In this document: positions 15,917 to 24,243 of the stretch, piece after piece
How the letters are laid out: each line of letters opens with the position of its first letter
Numbering within the stretch: position 1 is the stretch's first letter
NCBI GenBank assembly: GCA_030917105.1
Contig: JAUPVI010000002.1
Location: forward strand, 1-26,627
Source: Candidatus Babelota bacterium
GTDB lineage: Bacteria > Babelota > Babeliae > Babelales > JAUPTZ01
Direction of reading: 5' to 3'
DNA: 26,627 nt
Translations under genes and position numbers: made by a program
Notes under the pieces: model-generated
Database searches by the model: none
The model's input: the letters and a program-made list of their open reading frames with translations, nothing else
What the model was told of the DNA's origin: nothing

Positions 15917-17950
15917 ATGAAAAAACGCACACAAGGCCGCATATTGTTACTACTGGCAGTTGCTGGTATGAATTTAGGGACCGCTGGCTTATATGCTAAG
16001 GCGCCGGATCGAAAAGCCGTTGACTATATAGTCCCCGCAGTTGCTGCAACTGGCTTGCTCGCAAATACTATCGAAATGTTCTCTTCAAAGGGAAAATCTC
16101 AAAAAACTGCTCAAATCTTGTTTGGTAACTACAAAAATAAAAATTTCTTTCAACGATTGTTCACCGACGGCGAAACTGCTCTTGCAGCGGCTCGCTTTTA
16201 TGCCATAAACCTTGGCTGTCTTGGCGTGCTTATTTGGGATATCGTTCGCGATCGCGGTGTTGTGGTTCCAGAAGTTCCAAAACTCACTGATGTCAATGGC
16301 AATCAAATTGTAATACCAACTGTTGATGTTAGCGGAAAACCTCTTCCGACCGGAGCGCCGGAAGAAGTTCGCGACCTTGTGGCGACAGCTGGAGTTCCAA
16401 TTGTCGAACAAAATTCTGTAGCGGTTACTGGCGACAGTGCAATTCCGCCGGTTCAACAACCGATACGCAAAACGCCAACGTCACCAGCGGGCGACGCAGT
16501 GCCGACCTTGCCTTCAACAACGGCTCTGGTTCCTGCACCAGATCAGGCTGCTATCGTAGTTTCTGATAGCGCTAGCGCAGTGAGTGCTAACGGTGCTTCA
16601 GATTCAAAAACTGCTCCTGTAGTTGTTGACCATGCGGCTCTCGCGGCTCAAAAGGCAGTCGCGGAAAAAGCAGAGCAAGACAGGCTTACAGCAGAAGCAA
16701 CGGCCAAAGATCTTGCGGATGCACAAGCTCAAGTAGTAAAGACAGAAGCAGCTGCTTCTGCTTCCAAAGGAGCAGCTAATAAGAGAGCAACTGACAAACC
16801 AGCTGGGGAAAAAAATAAGTCTAAAAGAAGGAAATCCGCAAAACTTGCTGACGAGGTAAAAGCTGCTGAACAAGCGTTGAAAGACGCAGCGGCTGCGGAA
16901 CAGACTGAGGGAGAAGAAATTAAAGCGGCAATAGACCTTTCTCTAGTGCCTGCCGGAGGAACAGTTGCAACAGGTTATTCAGCAGCTTCTTCTTTAGCAA
17001 GTTCTACTCTGGTACCAGTTAGCAATCTTCCAGACGTGTTACGCATGACGTCAGGTGATTCTTCGTCGAAGTCACATTCGGCTGATATCGCGAGCAATGC
17101 TCCGGTTGAACCAGTACATCCACTGAGCAGCACGGAAGTCGTTGAAGAAGTGTCGCCAGCGGGTTCTGTAGTTACGGTTCCGACAACTCCTTTGTCCTCT
17201 CCTGAGCGATTGATCAATGAAGTAGCGGATTCTGAAAAACCAGCAGTAACCCCTAATGTTGTGCCAGTACCAGTTTCTGCGCCTGTACTGACTTCTTCAG
17301 TAAGAGAGCCCGAAGTAGAAGCAAAGCCCGAGCTGACTCGTACTGAAACTGCAGATCTTTTGGCGCTTGAACACCATGCGTCGGCTGTTGTTGTAACTGA
17401 TTCAGGTGTTCCGTTCGCTGACGTTATGCCAACCGCTTCTGGAGCAGATGCACCGTTCAGTGCGCCTGGAGTCGCCGCTGCTAAGCCAGAGGTATCTGCT
17501 TTAGTACAATCTGTGGAGAGCGAGGAAGCAGAGGCTGGGACTGAACAAAGTAGCGATCCGGATTCGGTTGAATCTGTGGCATCAACTCCTTTGCAGCAAG
17601 ATGTTCAATTATCGGGTGTGGTTGATACGCAGGTACAGATAGCATTCGAGCAACAAATTGGGTTATTATTGAACGCGTTCTACCAATCCATTGCGGCGTT
17701 AGAGAAAGATAGCTCTTCAGAAAATACAAAAATGGCTACTCGTGATCATTTGGTCTCAAAAATGTGCCTTTGTGAAGGATTAAGACTACAAATTGCGGAA
17801 TTAAGAGAATCCTATAGTCAACCAGCTTCTTGTGAGCGATCAGAAGAAGAACTTTCCAGACAAATTGCTTCTTTTAAGGAGGATATCTCTAAAATAGAGA
17901 AAGAAATAGAGAAAGAAATAGAGAAAGAAAGTACTCTAGCAGCCAAATAG
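15917..17950 (+). CDS. Hypothetical protein: signal peptide, two hydrophobic segments, long P/A/S/E-rich disordered region, C-terminal coiled coil (677 aa)
   Basis: ATG 15917 with AGGAG SD; MKKRTQGRILLLLAVAGMNLGTAGLYA; hydrophobic YIVPAVAATGLLANTIEMF and AARFYAINLGCLGVLIWDIV; basic patch KNKSKRRK. Confidence 0.8.
   Translation: MKKRTQGRILLLLAVAGMNLGTAGLYAKAPDRKAVDYIVPAVAATGLLANTIEMFSSKGKSQKTAQILFGNYKNKNFFQRLFTDGETALAAARFYAINLGCLGVLIWDIVRDRGVVVPEVPKLTDVNGNQIVIPTVDVSGKPLPTGAPEEVRDLVATAGVPIVEQNSVAVTGDSAIPPVQQPIRKTPTSPAGDAVPTLPSTTALVPAPDQAAIVVSDSASAVSANGASDSKTAPVVVDHAALAAQKAVAEKAEQDRLTAEATAKDLADAQAQVVKTEAAASASKGAANKRATDKPAGEKNKSKRRKSAKLADEVKAAEQALKDAAAAEQTEGEEIKAAIDLSLVPAGGTVATGYSAASSLASSTLVPVSNLPDVLRMTSGDSSSKSHSADIASNAPVEPVHPLSSTEVVEEVSPAGSVVTVPTTPLSSPERLINEVADSEKPAVTPNVVPVPVSAPVLTSSVREPEVEAKPELTRTETADLLALEHHASAVVVTDSGVPFADVMPTASGADAPFSAPGVAAAKPEVSALVQSVESEEAEAGTEQSSDPDSVESVASTPLQQDVQLSGVVDTQVQIAFEQQIGLLLNAFYQSIAALEKDSSSENTKMATRDHLVSKMCLCEGLRLQIAELRESYSQPASCERSEEELSRQIASFKEDISKIEKEIEKEIEKESTLAAK
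17894..17929 (+). repeat. In-frame 12-bp tandem repeat x3 (ATAGAGAAAGAA; IEKE x3)
   Basis: Three perfect copies read directly from the sequence. Confidence 0.95.
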
Positions 17951-17959
17951 CTTCTCAAT

Positions 17960-17993
17960 AAAAAAGGGCTCGCAGAAATGCGAGCCCTTTTTT
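17960..17993. terminator. Bidirectional intrinsic terminator
   Basis: AAAAAA-GGGCTCGCA-GAAA-TGCGAGCCC-TTTTTT between convergent genes ending at 17950 and 18018. Confidence 0.95.
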
Positions 17994-18017
17994 CATAAGC
18001 GCACCGAAGGCGCCATC

Positions 18018-19094
18018 TTACTCTATTAACAATCCATGCGTCTGTTGTGCAATTGCGCAGGTCTTGCCGTGAACCAATGCATTCAATAGCAATTGTTTCT
18101 TCGAATTAATGCCATCATCCAGTTCCGGTGATTCAAGAAATGGCACGAGGCCGCCAGTGAGGTCGCTTTCAATATTCTCATACCATGACGCTGGTAGTTG
18201 GTGCCCTGATTGTTCTATAAAGAACACAAAGCGGGTGACGAGTGTGCGGTAGGCTTCATCAGCATCATCGAGATGTGCAATAATGCGGTTGCTACACAGT
18301 TGTGAAATGTTGTGTGCTGCTTTGAGCACAGAAGGCCAAATGCTCTGTGGGTGTTGGGCGTACCAAATAGTTTTGCTCAGAAGCAGCTCCACCATCTTGA
18401 GTGTGAGGCTTCGCAGGCGCTCGTTCATCGCCGTTTCATCATTAACCCCAATATCCTTTACCGATTGTGCAATCGTTTGGGAAAGCCCGGTGAAGAAATT
18501 TTCGGTTGAGGTCTTTGGTGCTTCCAAATGTGTGGTGAGTCCAGAGAGCATGATATTTTCAATCATTTTTGCTGGTGACTTTATTTTGGCGCTGTTAAGT
18601 GGGTTGAGCGGAAAATGGCGCTCAAGTTCAACTGGCAGTACTTCCAGTATGTGATCAACAACCGTGTCGTCGATAAGGGAAGCTTCCTTTAGCTTGTTAT
18701 AGAATAGGCGGAGGCCGGTGTATGTTTGTTCGGCGCTCAAGTTATATTCGCCAGAGAGTGCTAAGAATTCGGTGATGTGTCGTGCATCGCGAGAGAGGAG
18801 GTCGGCATAGCCAACTGCGTTATATTGTTCTTGAATGAATGGTGAAAAGGCGTGAGAGAAAAAACTTTCTTCGTGTGGGGCTGCTTTTTCTTTTGCGGCA
18901 TCAAAATAAGAACGTAACGAAATAGTGGCAACGGGGCTTGATATCGGTGACAGTGCGTTAAAGTAGTTCCGCGTGGCATCTGGGTTGCACACAATGCCAC
19001 TGTTTTCATGAATGATAAGCCCATGCGCTGACGTTATACAGAAAACGCCGCTTAAAAACAGTACAATTGGGGTGGCAGAACGATTTGTTTTCAT
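18018..19094 (-). CDS. Secreted all-alpha hypothetical protein (358 aa)
   Basis: Start moved to ATG 19094 (AAGAGG SD), giving signal peptide MKTNRSATPIVLFLSGVFCITSAHG; remainder helical, no motif recognised. Confidence 0.75.
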   Translation of the reverse strand: MKTNRSATPIVLFLSGVFCITSAHGLIIHENSGIVCNPDATRNYFNALSPISSPVATISLRSYFDAAKEKAAPHEESFFSHAFSPFIQEQYNAVGYADLLSRDARHITEFLALSGEYNLSAEQTYTGLRLFYNKLKEASLIDDTVVDHILEVLPVELERHFPLNPLNSAKIKSPAKMIENIMLSGLTTHLEAPKTSTENFFTGLSQTIAQSVKDIGVNDETAMNERLRSLTLKMVELLLSKTIWYAQHPQSIWPSVLKAAHNISQLCSNRIIAHLDDADEAYRTLVTRFVFFIEQSGHQLPASWYENIESDLTGGLVPFLESPELDDGINSKKQLLLNALVHGKTCAIAQQTHGLLIE

Positions 19095-19204
19095 ACTAAT
19101 CCTCTTTTTGCTATAGTGCGATGTGCTGATTGAAGTATGTATCAGTGAATACAATACAATTACGGGTGAGCTTGTTTCAAGTAATCAAAAAACGGAAATA
19201 AATA

Positions 19205-20416
19205 ATGCCGCTATATAAATACAAATCATTCACGCGATCTGGTAAGCAGGTCACTGGCACTATTGACGCTCCGTCGCCGCAGGGTGCCAAAGATATGCTG
19301 CAAGGTCAAGGCCTAATGCCCGTTGAAGTGCAGCTTGCTTCCTCTACGGGTGGTTCGTTTTTGTCTCGTCTTTTTGCTCCCAAAGTAGAAGAAAAAACAG
19401 TTTTTGCATTTACCAAACAAATGAGCGTTTTGTTACGTTCTGGTGTGCCGTTAGTTGATTCGCTTGAAATGTTGACCGAGCAATTTGATCAGCCGTTTCA
19501 GGGCATTTTGATGTCGGTGACAGAAGGGGTTAAGTCTGGTGAACCATTGGCTTCACAACTTGCTACTCATCCCACCGCGTTTTCCAATATTTACATTCAG
19601 CTGGTAAAAGCCGGTGAAGCAAGCGGTAAGCTCGATGTAATTTTGATGCGCCTCTTAGAATACATGCAACGCTCAAGTGAAACGCAGAAGAAAGTAAAAA
19701 AGGCGACATCAAAGCCAATTATGATGCTTGGGGTGGTGGGCGCTGTGGTCGGGCTGATGCTGGGGTTTGTGGTGCCACGTATGAGTGCTATGTTTGCAAA
19801 GACCGGGAAAGAACTGCCTGGTCCCACGCAGCTTCTTATGACGCTTTCAGGTTTTTTGACTAATTATTACATGCTTTTACTTGGCAGTGCCATTGGATTT
19901 TTCTTTCTTTTCTCGCATTGGAAATCTACGCCGTCTGGTATTCGCACGCTTGATGAGTTGGTGCTTAAGGTTCCGCTCTTTTCTTACTTTGCAAAAACGA
20001 AGGCCGTGGTACAATTTAGTCAGACGCTAGGAATGCTTATGGAAAGTGGTGTAAATCTTTCAGAAGCGCTCGATATTGTGTGTAACATTGTTGAAAACAA
20101 AGTTCTCACACAAAAGCTGCAAGAAGCTCGTGATAATATCATTAAAGAAGGTAAAATTGCGCGGTATCTTGCTGCAACAGGATTATTCCCTAAAATGGCG
20201 AGCTACATGATCTCTACTGGTGAAGAGTCCGGCAAACTAGCCGAAATGCTTTTAACCGTAGGTAAAGATTATGATGCAGAGCTAGGTGAACTTACCGACT
20301 CGTTAACGGCGAAAATAGACCCGATAATGACGGTAGTGATGGGTTTAATTGTGTTGTTCATTGTGGCGGCTATCTTTCTGCCGATGATGCAGATGGGTGA
20401 CATTTCAGGAGTTTAA
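19205..20416 (+). CDS. gspF: Type II secretion system inner-membrane platform protein F (GspF/PilC family)
   Basis: MPLYKYKS...GKQVTGTIDA start; FTKQMSVLLRSGVPLVDSL; AGEASGKLD; TGEESGKLAEML; duplicated T2SSF domains and 3 TMs. Confidence 0.95.
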   Translation: MPLYKYKSFTRSGKQVTGTIDAPSPQGAKDMLQGQGLMPVEVQLASSTGGSFLSRLFAPKVEEKTVFAFTKQMSVLLRSGVPLVDSLEMLTEQFDQPFQGILMSVTEGVKSGEPLASQLATHPTAFSNIYIQLVKAGEASGKLDVILMRLLEYMQRSSETQKKVKKATSKPIMMLGVVGAVVGLMLGFVVPRMSAMFAKTGKELPGPTQLLMTLSGFLTNYYMLLLGSAIGFFFLFSHWKSTPSGIRTLDELVLKVPLFSYFAKTKAVVQFSQTLGMLMESGVNLSEALDIVCNIVENKVLTQKLQEARDNIIKEGKIARYLAATGLFPKMASYMISTGEESGKLAEMLLTVGKDYDAELGELTDSLTAKIDPIMTVVMGLIVLFIVAAIFLPMMQMGDISGV

Positions 20417-20430
20417 TAGAAGGAGATATT

Positions 20431-20874
20431 ATGATATTTGGTAAAAACCGGGCAGCGGCTTTTTCGCTCATCGAAATTTTGATTGCTATGGCAATCATCG
20501 GTACTATGTTTGCTCTCATGGCGCCAAACGCAATGAAGTATTTCGGACGTGCTAAAAAGACAGCGACCATAAGTAACTTGCAAGCATTAAAACAGGCATT
20601 GCAAGAATATTATAACGAAATTGGTCACTTTCCAAATAAGGCTGAAGGTAACTTGAATGCGCTGGTAAAGATGCCAAAGGGTGATAAGTTTAAAACCCGT
20701 TGGACTGGCCCGTACATTGAAGGGGATGAATTGCCAGAAGATGGTTGGAAGCAACCGTTTGTGTATAATGCGCCTCCAGTTAAGTATAAAAAATACAAAT
20801 TCTATGAATTGTATTCGATTGGGGAAACAGGAGATGAAGACGCCAAGAACGAAGATCTTGCCGTCGGTGCGTAA
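20431..20874 (+). CDS. gspG: Type II secretion major pseudopilin
   Basis: Prepilin motif A|FSLIEILIAMAIIG; GspG-type globular motifs (ALQEYYNEIGHFP, WTGPYI...LPEDGWKQPFVY, ELYSIG); AAGGAG SD. Confidence 0.92.
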   Translation: MIFGKNRAAAFSLIEILIAMAIIGTMFALMAPNAMKYFGRAKKTATISNLQALKQALQEYYNEIGHFPNKAEGNLNALVKMPKGDKFKTRWTGPYIEGDELPEDGWKQPFVYNAPPVKYKKYKFYELYSIGETGDEDAKNEDLAVGA

Positions 20875-21415
20875 GGTGCGCTCATCTTTGCCAGCATTTA
20901 GCTTGATCGAGATTTTGATCGGGCTGTTTATTATTGGAGTCGGGGCATCAGTACTGTTGCCCCGACTTACTCGTCGTTCGCCAAATCTTGAGTGGCCGGC
21001 GTTGCAGCAAGAGCTTAATAACGTGTTGTACTTTGCCCGACAAGAAGCGATCACCACGCAAAAGGTTCATCGACTTACGTTTAATAAAAAGAAGCGTACG
21101 GTGACGGTTGAGGCGCGTGATGGTGATGTGGAAAATAAGCCTGGCGTGCCGCATTACGGGCCGGTGGCATCTACCTACTTTACCACTGAGTACGAGTGGC
21201 CAGAGCAGATTACTTGTGAGTGGGTAAAGCTCAACAAAAAAGATTTATTTGATGAGAACAAAGGGATGGCCTGGTGCTACGTGGTGCCAAATGGCCTGGT
21301 CCAAGACGTCTCGGTTAAGCTGGTGCGTAATGAGCACGGAGTTACAACCACCATGGTCTTTACAGCAGCCCCATTTTTGGGCGCTTTTTTTGAAGAAGAG
21401 GAAGTCAAAAAATGA
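20867..21415 (+). CDS. gspH: Minor pseudopilin (GspH-like)
   Basis: A|FSLIEILIGLFIIGVGASVLLPRL; LYFARQEAITTQKVHRLTF is GspH/FimT-like. Start uncertain (GTG 20867 chosen; ATG 20834 or GTG 20876 possible). Symbol assigned mainly from gene order. Confidence 0.7.
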   Translation: MRKVRSSLPAFSLIEILIGLFIIGVGASVLLPRLTRRSPNLEWPALQQELNNVLYFARQEAITTQKVHRLTFNKKKRTVTVEARDGDVENKPGVPHYGPVASTYFTTEYEWPEQITCEWVKLNKKDLFDENKGMAWCYVVPNGLVQDVSVKLVRNEHGVTTTMVFTAAPFLGAFFEEEEVKK

Positions 21416-21819
21416 GGCTCATCGCTCGTGGCTTTACCATCATCGAAGTGATGATTTCTCTTTTCATTCTTTCTACCACGATGTTCGTTCTTTCGGAGCT
21501 TCAAATTCGTTCAATGCTGCGTGTGTGGCAAAGTCGAGAAGATATTGACCGGGTATATATCATTAAAAAGTTTCTCTATCGCATGTATCAAAGTCCAGCT
21601 GATGCGCGCAAAACGTCACAAAAATTTGATGATCCGGAAATGCACATGATTATTGAGCCGGTCGAAATTAATAAGAAGTCTTCTTTAGCTCCGTATGCAA
21701 AGCAGCTCCAATACCTGCGCGCTATAGCTAAGTGGTCTCGTGGTACTACACAGCGGACGTTGAATTTGTTTGCTCTCGCGCCGCGGGCTCTGTCTTTTGG
21801 GAAAGAGGGTAAGGCATGA
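21412..21819 (+). CDS. gspI: Minor pseudopilin (GspI-like)
   Basis: RG|FTIIEVMISLFIL; ATGA overlap with the upstream gene; size and position fit GspI. Confidence 0.75.
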   Translation: MRLIARGFTIIEVMISLFILSTTMFVLSELQIRSMLRVWQSREDIDRVYIIKKFLYRMYQSPADARKTSQKFDDPEMHMIIEPVEINKKSSLAPYAKQLQYLRAIAKWSRGTTQRTLNLFALAPRALSFGKEGKA

Positions 21820-22967
21820 AGATTCACTTGATACCTATAGCCAACGTAATTCAATTTAATGGACGACGCAGTCGTCATTGCGAGAAACGTAGTGACGAAG
21901 CAATCCATCTATTTTCTCCTGCGTTTAGTCTTATAGAACTTCTTATCGCTCTCGCCTTATCTGCCGTTATTATGATTGGCATGGTGCAGGGTAACCGCAA
22001 TGCGGCTTACTTGCTGCGGGAAGCTCAGGCATTGCTCATTGTAAATCGCCAGGTTGCCTTGCTGTATAATCAGCTGGAGCGTGACGTAACGGCCGCTATT
22101 GTCTACCAGAAACCAATTCCTTATCCGCCTGCCAAGGCCCGGCCAAAGAAAAAAGAGGGGGAGAAACAAGAAGAAAAAACGGCGCCACCGCAGCCGCCAG
22201 AAGAGCAAGCAAGCACTGGTGCTGAAAAAGGAAAAGTGGAAAAAAATAAATTTGTATCTTCTTGTGTTCTCGAGGCATTTGATGAGGGCGTATATAAAGT
22301 TGGTACGAAAAAATGGCAACAGACGAAGCGTCTTTCTTTTATTACAACAACACCGCTAGAAGTATATGAACAAGAACATGAGCGATCAGTGCGTGTAGGG
22401 TATGAGTTGGTGTATGACAAAACAATGAGTACACCGCAAAAGAGCGTATATACGCTGTATCGTCTCCAAACTGACGAGCTTGAAAATGTTGCGTTTAAAG
22501 AAGATGAAAGTAAAAAAGTAAAGAGCGTTCTGCGCTATGTAGTGGCAGATCACATTAAGCAGTTTTCGTTAGAAGCGTTATATGATCTGCGTCCCCCACA
22601 AGCAAAAGATAGTTCAGGCAAGTCGGCTGCTGTTGAGGCCCCAATCGCTGAACCGTTAACGGAGGAGGGCAGTCGTCCAACGCAATTGCGAACGTTCACG
22701 TGGGGTGAAAAAGAAGAAACGGAAAAGAGTAAGACTGTGTTGCCGGATATGTTTGCAACACACATTGAGGTGTGGGATGGTGCACTACAGCGCTCTTATT
22801 CATTTACTTCTACTTTTCCGGTTTTTGTAAAAACAGAAGCAAAGCAAAAGCAGCCAAAGAAAAAAGATGGTATGCCTGCCGGAGCGCCGGTAGAGCCAGG
22901 AGCGCCAAATGCTGCACCAAAGACTCCTGAGGCCACGGCGCCGGCAGCGAAGGAGGGGGCTCAATGA
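21816..22967 (+). CDS. gspJ: Minor pseudopilin (GspJ-like) with 36-aa leader and low-complexity insertions
   Basis: PA|FSLIELLIALALSAVIMIG; LYNQLERDVTAA helix; ATGA overlaps at both ends. Confidence 0.75.
   Translation: MKIHLIPIANVIQFNGRRSRHCEKRSDEAIHLFSPAFSLIELLIALALSAVIMIGMVQGNRNAAYLLREAQALLIVNRQVALLYNQLERDVTAAIVYQKPIPYPPAKARPKKKEGEKQEEKTAPPQPPEEQASTGAEKGKVEKNKFVSSCVLEAFDEGVYKVGTKKWQQTKRLSFITTTPLEVYEQEHERSVRVGYELVYDKTMSTPQKSVYTLYRLQTDELENVAFKEDESKKVKSVLRYVVADHIKQFSLEALYDLRPPQAKDSSGKSAAVEAPIAEPLTEEGSRPTQLRTFTWGEKEETEKSKTVLPDMFATHIEVWDGALQRSYSFTSTFPVFVKTEAKQKQPKKKDGMPAGAPVEPGAPNAAPKTPEATAPAAKEGAQ
21873..21906 (+). repeat. REP/Rickettsia palindromic element-like half element inside the gspJ leader
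   Basis: CGTCATTGCGAGAAACGTAGTGACGAAGCAATCC; hairpin CGTCATTGCG-AGAAA-CGTAGTGACG; translates RHCEKRSDEAI. Confidence 0.65.
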
Positions 22968-24106
22968 TAAAGCAAAAACCAGGATTCGTTCTTATTTTTT
23001 CTTTACTCAGCATGGGTATTGTTACCATTCTTACGCAACAGCTTATGAAAAGTGTGTCGGTTGGCATTGCCTTCAGTCGGCAGATGGTATTGCGTGAGCA
23101 GGTCAAAATGTTTGTGTATGGTGGCATTGCTATTGCCACTGCTCAGCTTGAGCAGTGTTATCCGGAAGAAAAAAAAAAGCAGGGGGTAGACCCAGCAGCT
23201 GGCCAACAGTCAAGTGCTCAGCCTCAAGCGCCCAAGCGGCCGTTTTCTTTTAAAACATTTATTCTGACCGTGCTGCCGCATTTAAATCGATGGCAGACGT
23301 TTGAGCTGACGGATAAAATTGATGGTGTGGATGCACAGATTAAAGTTTGTATTGTTGCGGAAGAAGGGAAGATTCCATTCACTCAAGTTTTTGATGAGCC
23401 GGTGCGTGAATTGACCGATCCAGCACATGGCTTTTTGCAGCAGTTCCCTTCAGCAAAAAAGGGGTCCTCAAGTGATTTTGTTACTAAATTCACTGCGTTT
23501 CTCAAGGGGCGTACGCATCGGATTGTCGATATTTCTACACTGCTTCCTTTTGCGCAACAAGTAAAGGTGCCGCTATGGTATGCGCCGCCAGAGTTTCCAA
23601 CACGGCGTACAGTGGCTGGTGAAGTAAAAAATGAGAAAGGCAAGCCGGTTCCGGCTGCATGTGCTTTGCAAGATTTATTTACGCTTTGGGGGCAGGGAGG
23701 TAATTTGAACCCGCTTTTGCTCAGCAATGCGCTTTGTATTTTGAGTGGTTTGCGACCACCACAACCCAATGACGCCCAAAAACGCAAAGATCAATACAAG
23801 CAGTTGGCAGAAAACTACGATAAGATTAAAAGCTTAAAAGGAGATGAGCTGTGGAAGGCTCTCGGTGCTCTTTATGATGCCAAACCAAAGCTTTCAGCAG
23901 AATTTAATACTCTCTTTTCGCTGGAAGTTGAGCCGCGTTTTTATTCTGTGCTATCTTGTGCAACAGTTGCCGGAGTGACACAGCAAGTTATTGCAATTTT
24001 AGAACATGTGTCACCGACAGTCGCGCCGGCAGAACGGCGCGAACAACGGCAAAAAAAGAAGGAAATACAGCCACTGTTTGCAATTCGTAGATTGTATTGG
24101 TTGTAA
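22964..24106 (+). CDS. gspK: Minor pseudopilin (GspK-like)
   Basis: KPG|FVLIFSLLSMGIV lacks Glu+5, as is typical of GspK; 'IVAEEGKIP' matches the GspK 'i.De.gkin' motif; large size; last gene of the cluster. Confidence 0.75.
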   Translation: MIKQKPGFVLIFSLLSMGIVTILTQQLMKSVSVGIAFSRQMVLREQVKMFVYGGIAIATAQLEQCYPEEKKKQGVDPAAGQQSSAQPQAPKRPFSFKTFILTVLPHLNRWQTFELTDKIDGVDAQIKVCIVAEEGKIPFTQVFDEPVRELTDPAHGFLQQFPSAKKGSSSDFVTKFTAFLKGRTHRIVDISTLLPFAQQVKVPLWYAPPEFPTRRTVAGEVKNEKGKPVPAACALQDLFTLWGQGGNLNPLLLSNALCILSGLRPPQPNDAQKRKDQYKQLAENYDKIKSLKGDELWKALGALYDAKPKLSAEFNTLFSLEVEPRFYSVLSCATVAGVTQQVIAILEHVSPTVAPAERREQRQKKKEIQPLFAIRRLYWL

Positions 24107-24154
24107 TGGGATAAAAGACAGGCGAGGGCTATTAAGTTTGTAGACGGCGGAAGC

Positions 24155-24194
24155 CATCTTTGCGACGCTTGCAAAGATGCGCACTGATGTGCGC
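24155..24194. other. Two adjoining inverted repeats in the gspK-mlaD intergenic region
   Basis: CATCTTTGC-GACGCTT-GCAAAGATG (24155-24179) and GCGCAC-TGAT-GTGCGC (24179-24194); no U-tract. Confidence 0.6.
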
Positions 24195-24243
24195 TACTAA
24201 TGTGGATGGTATGCAGCTGAAATGGCTATAGAAAGGTAGAGTA

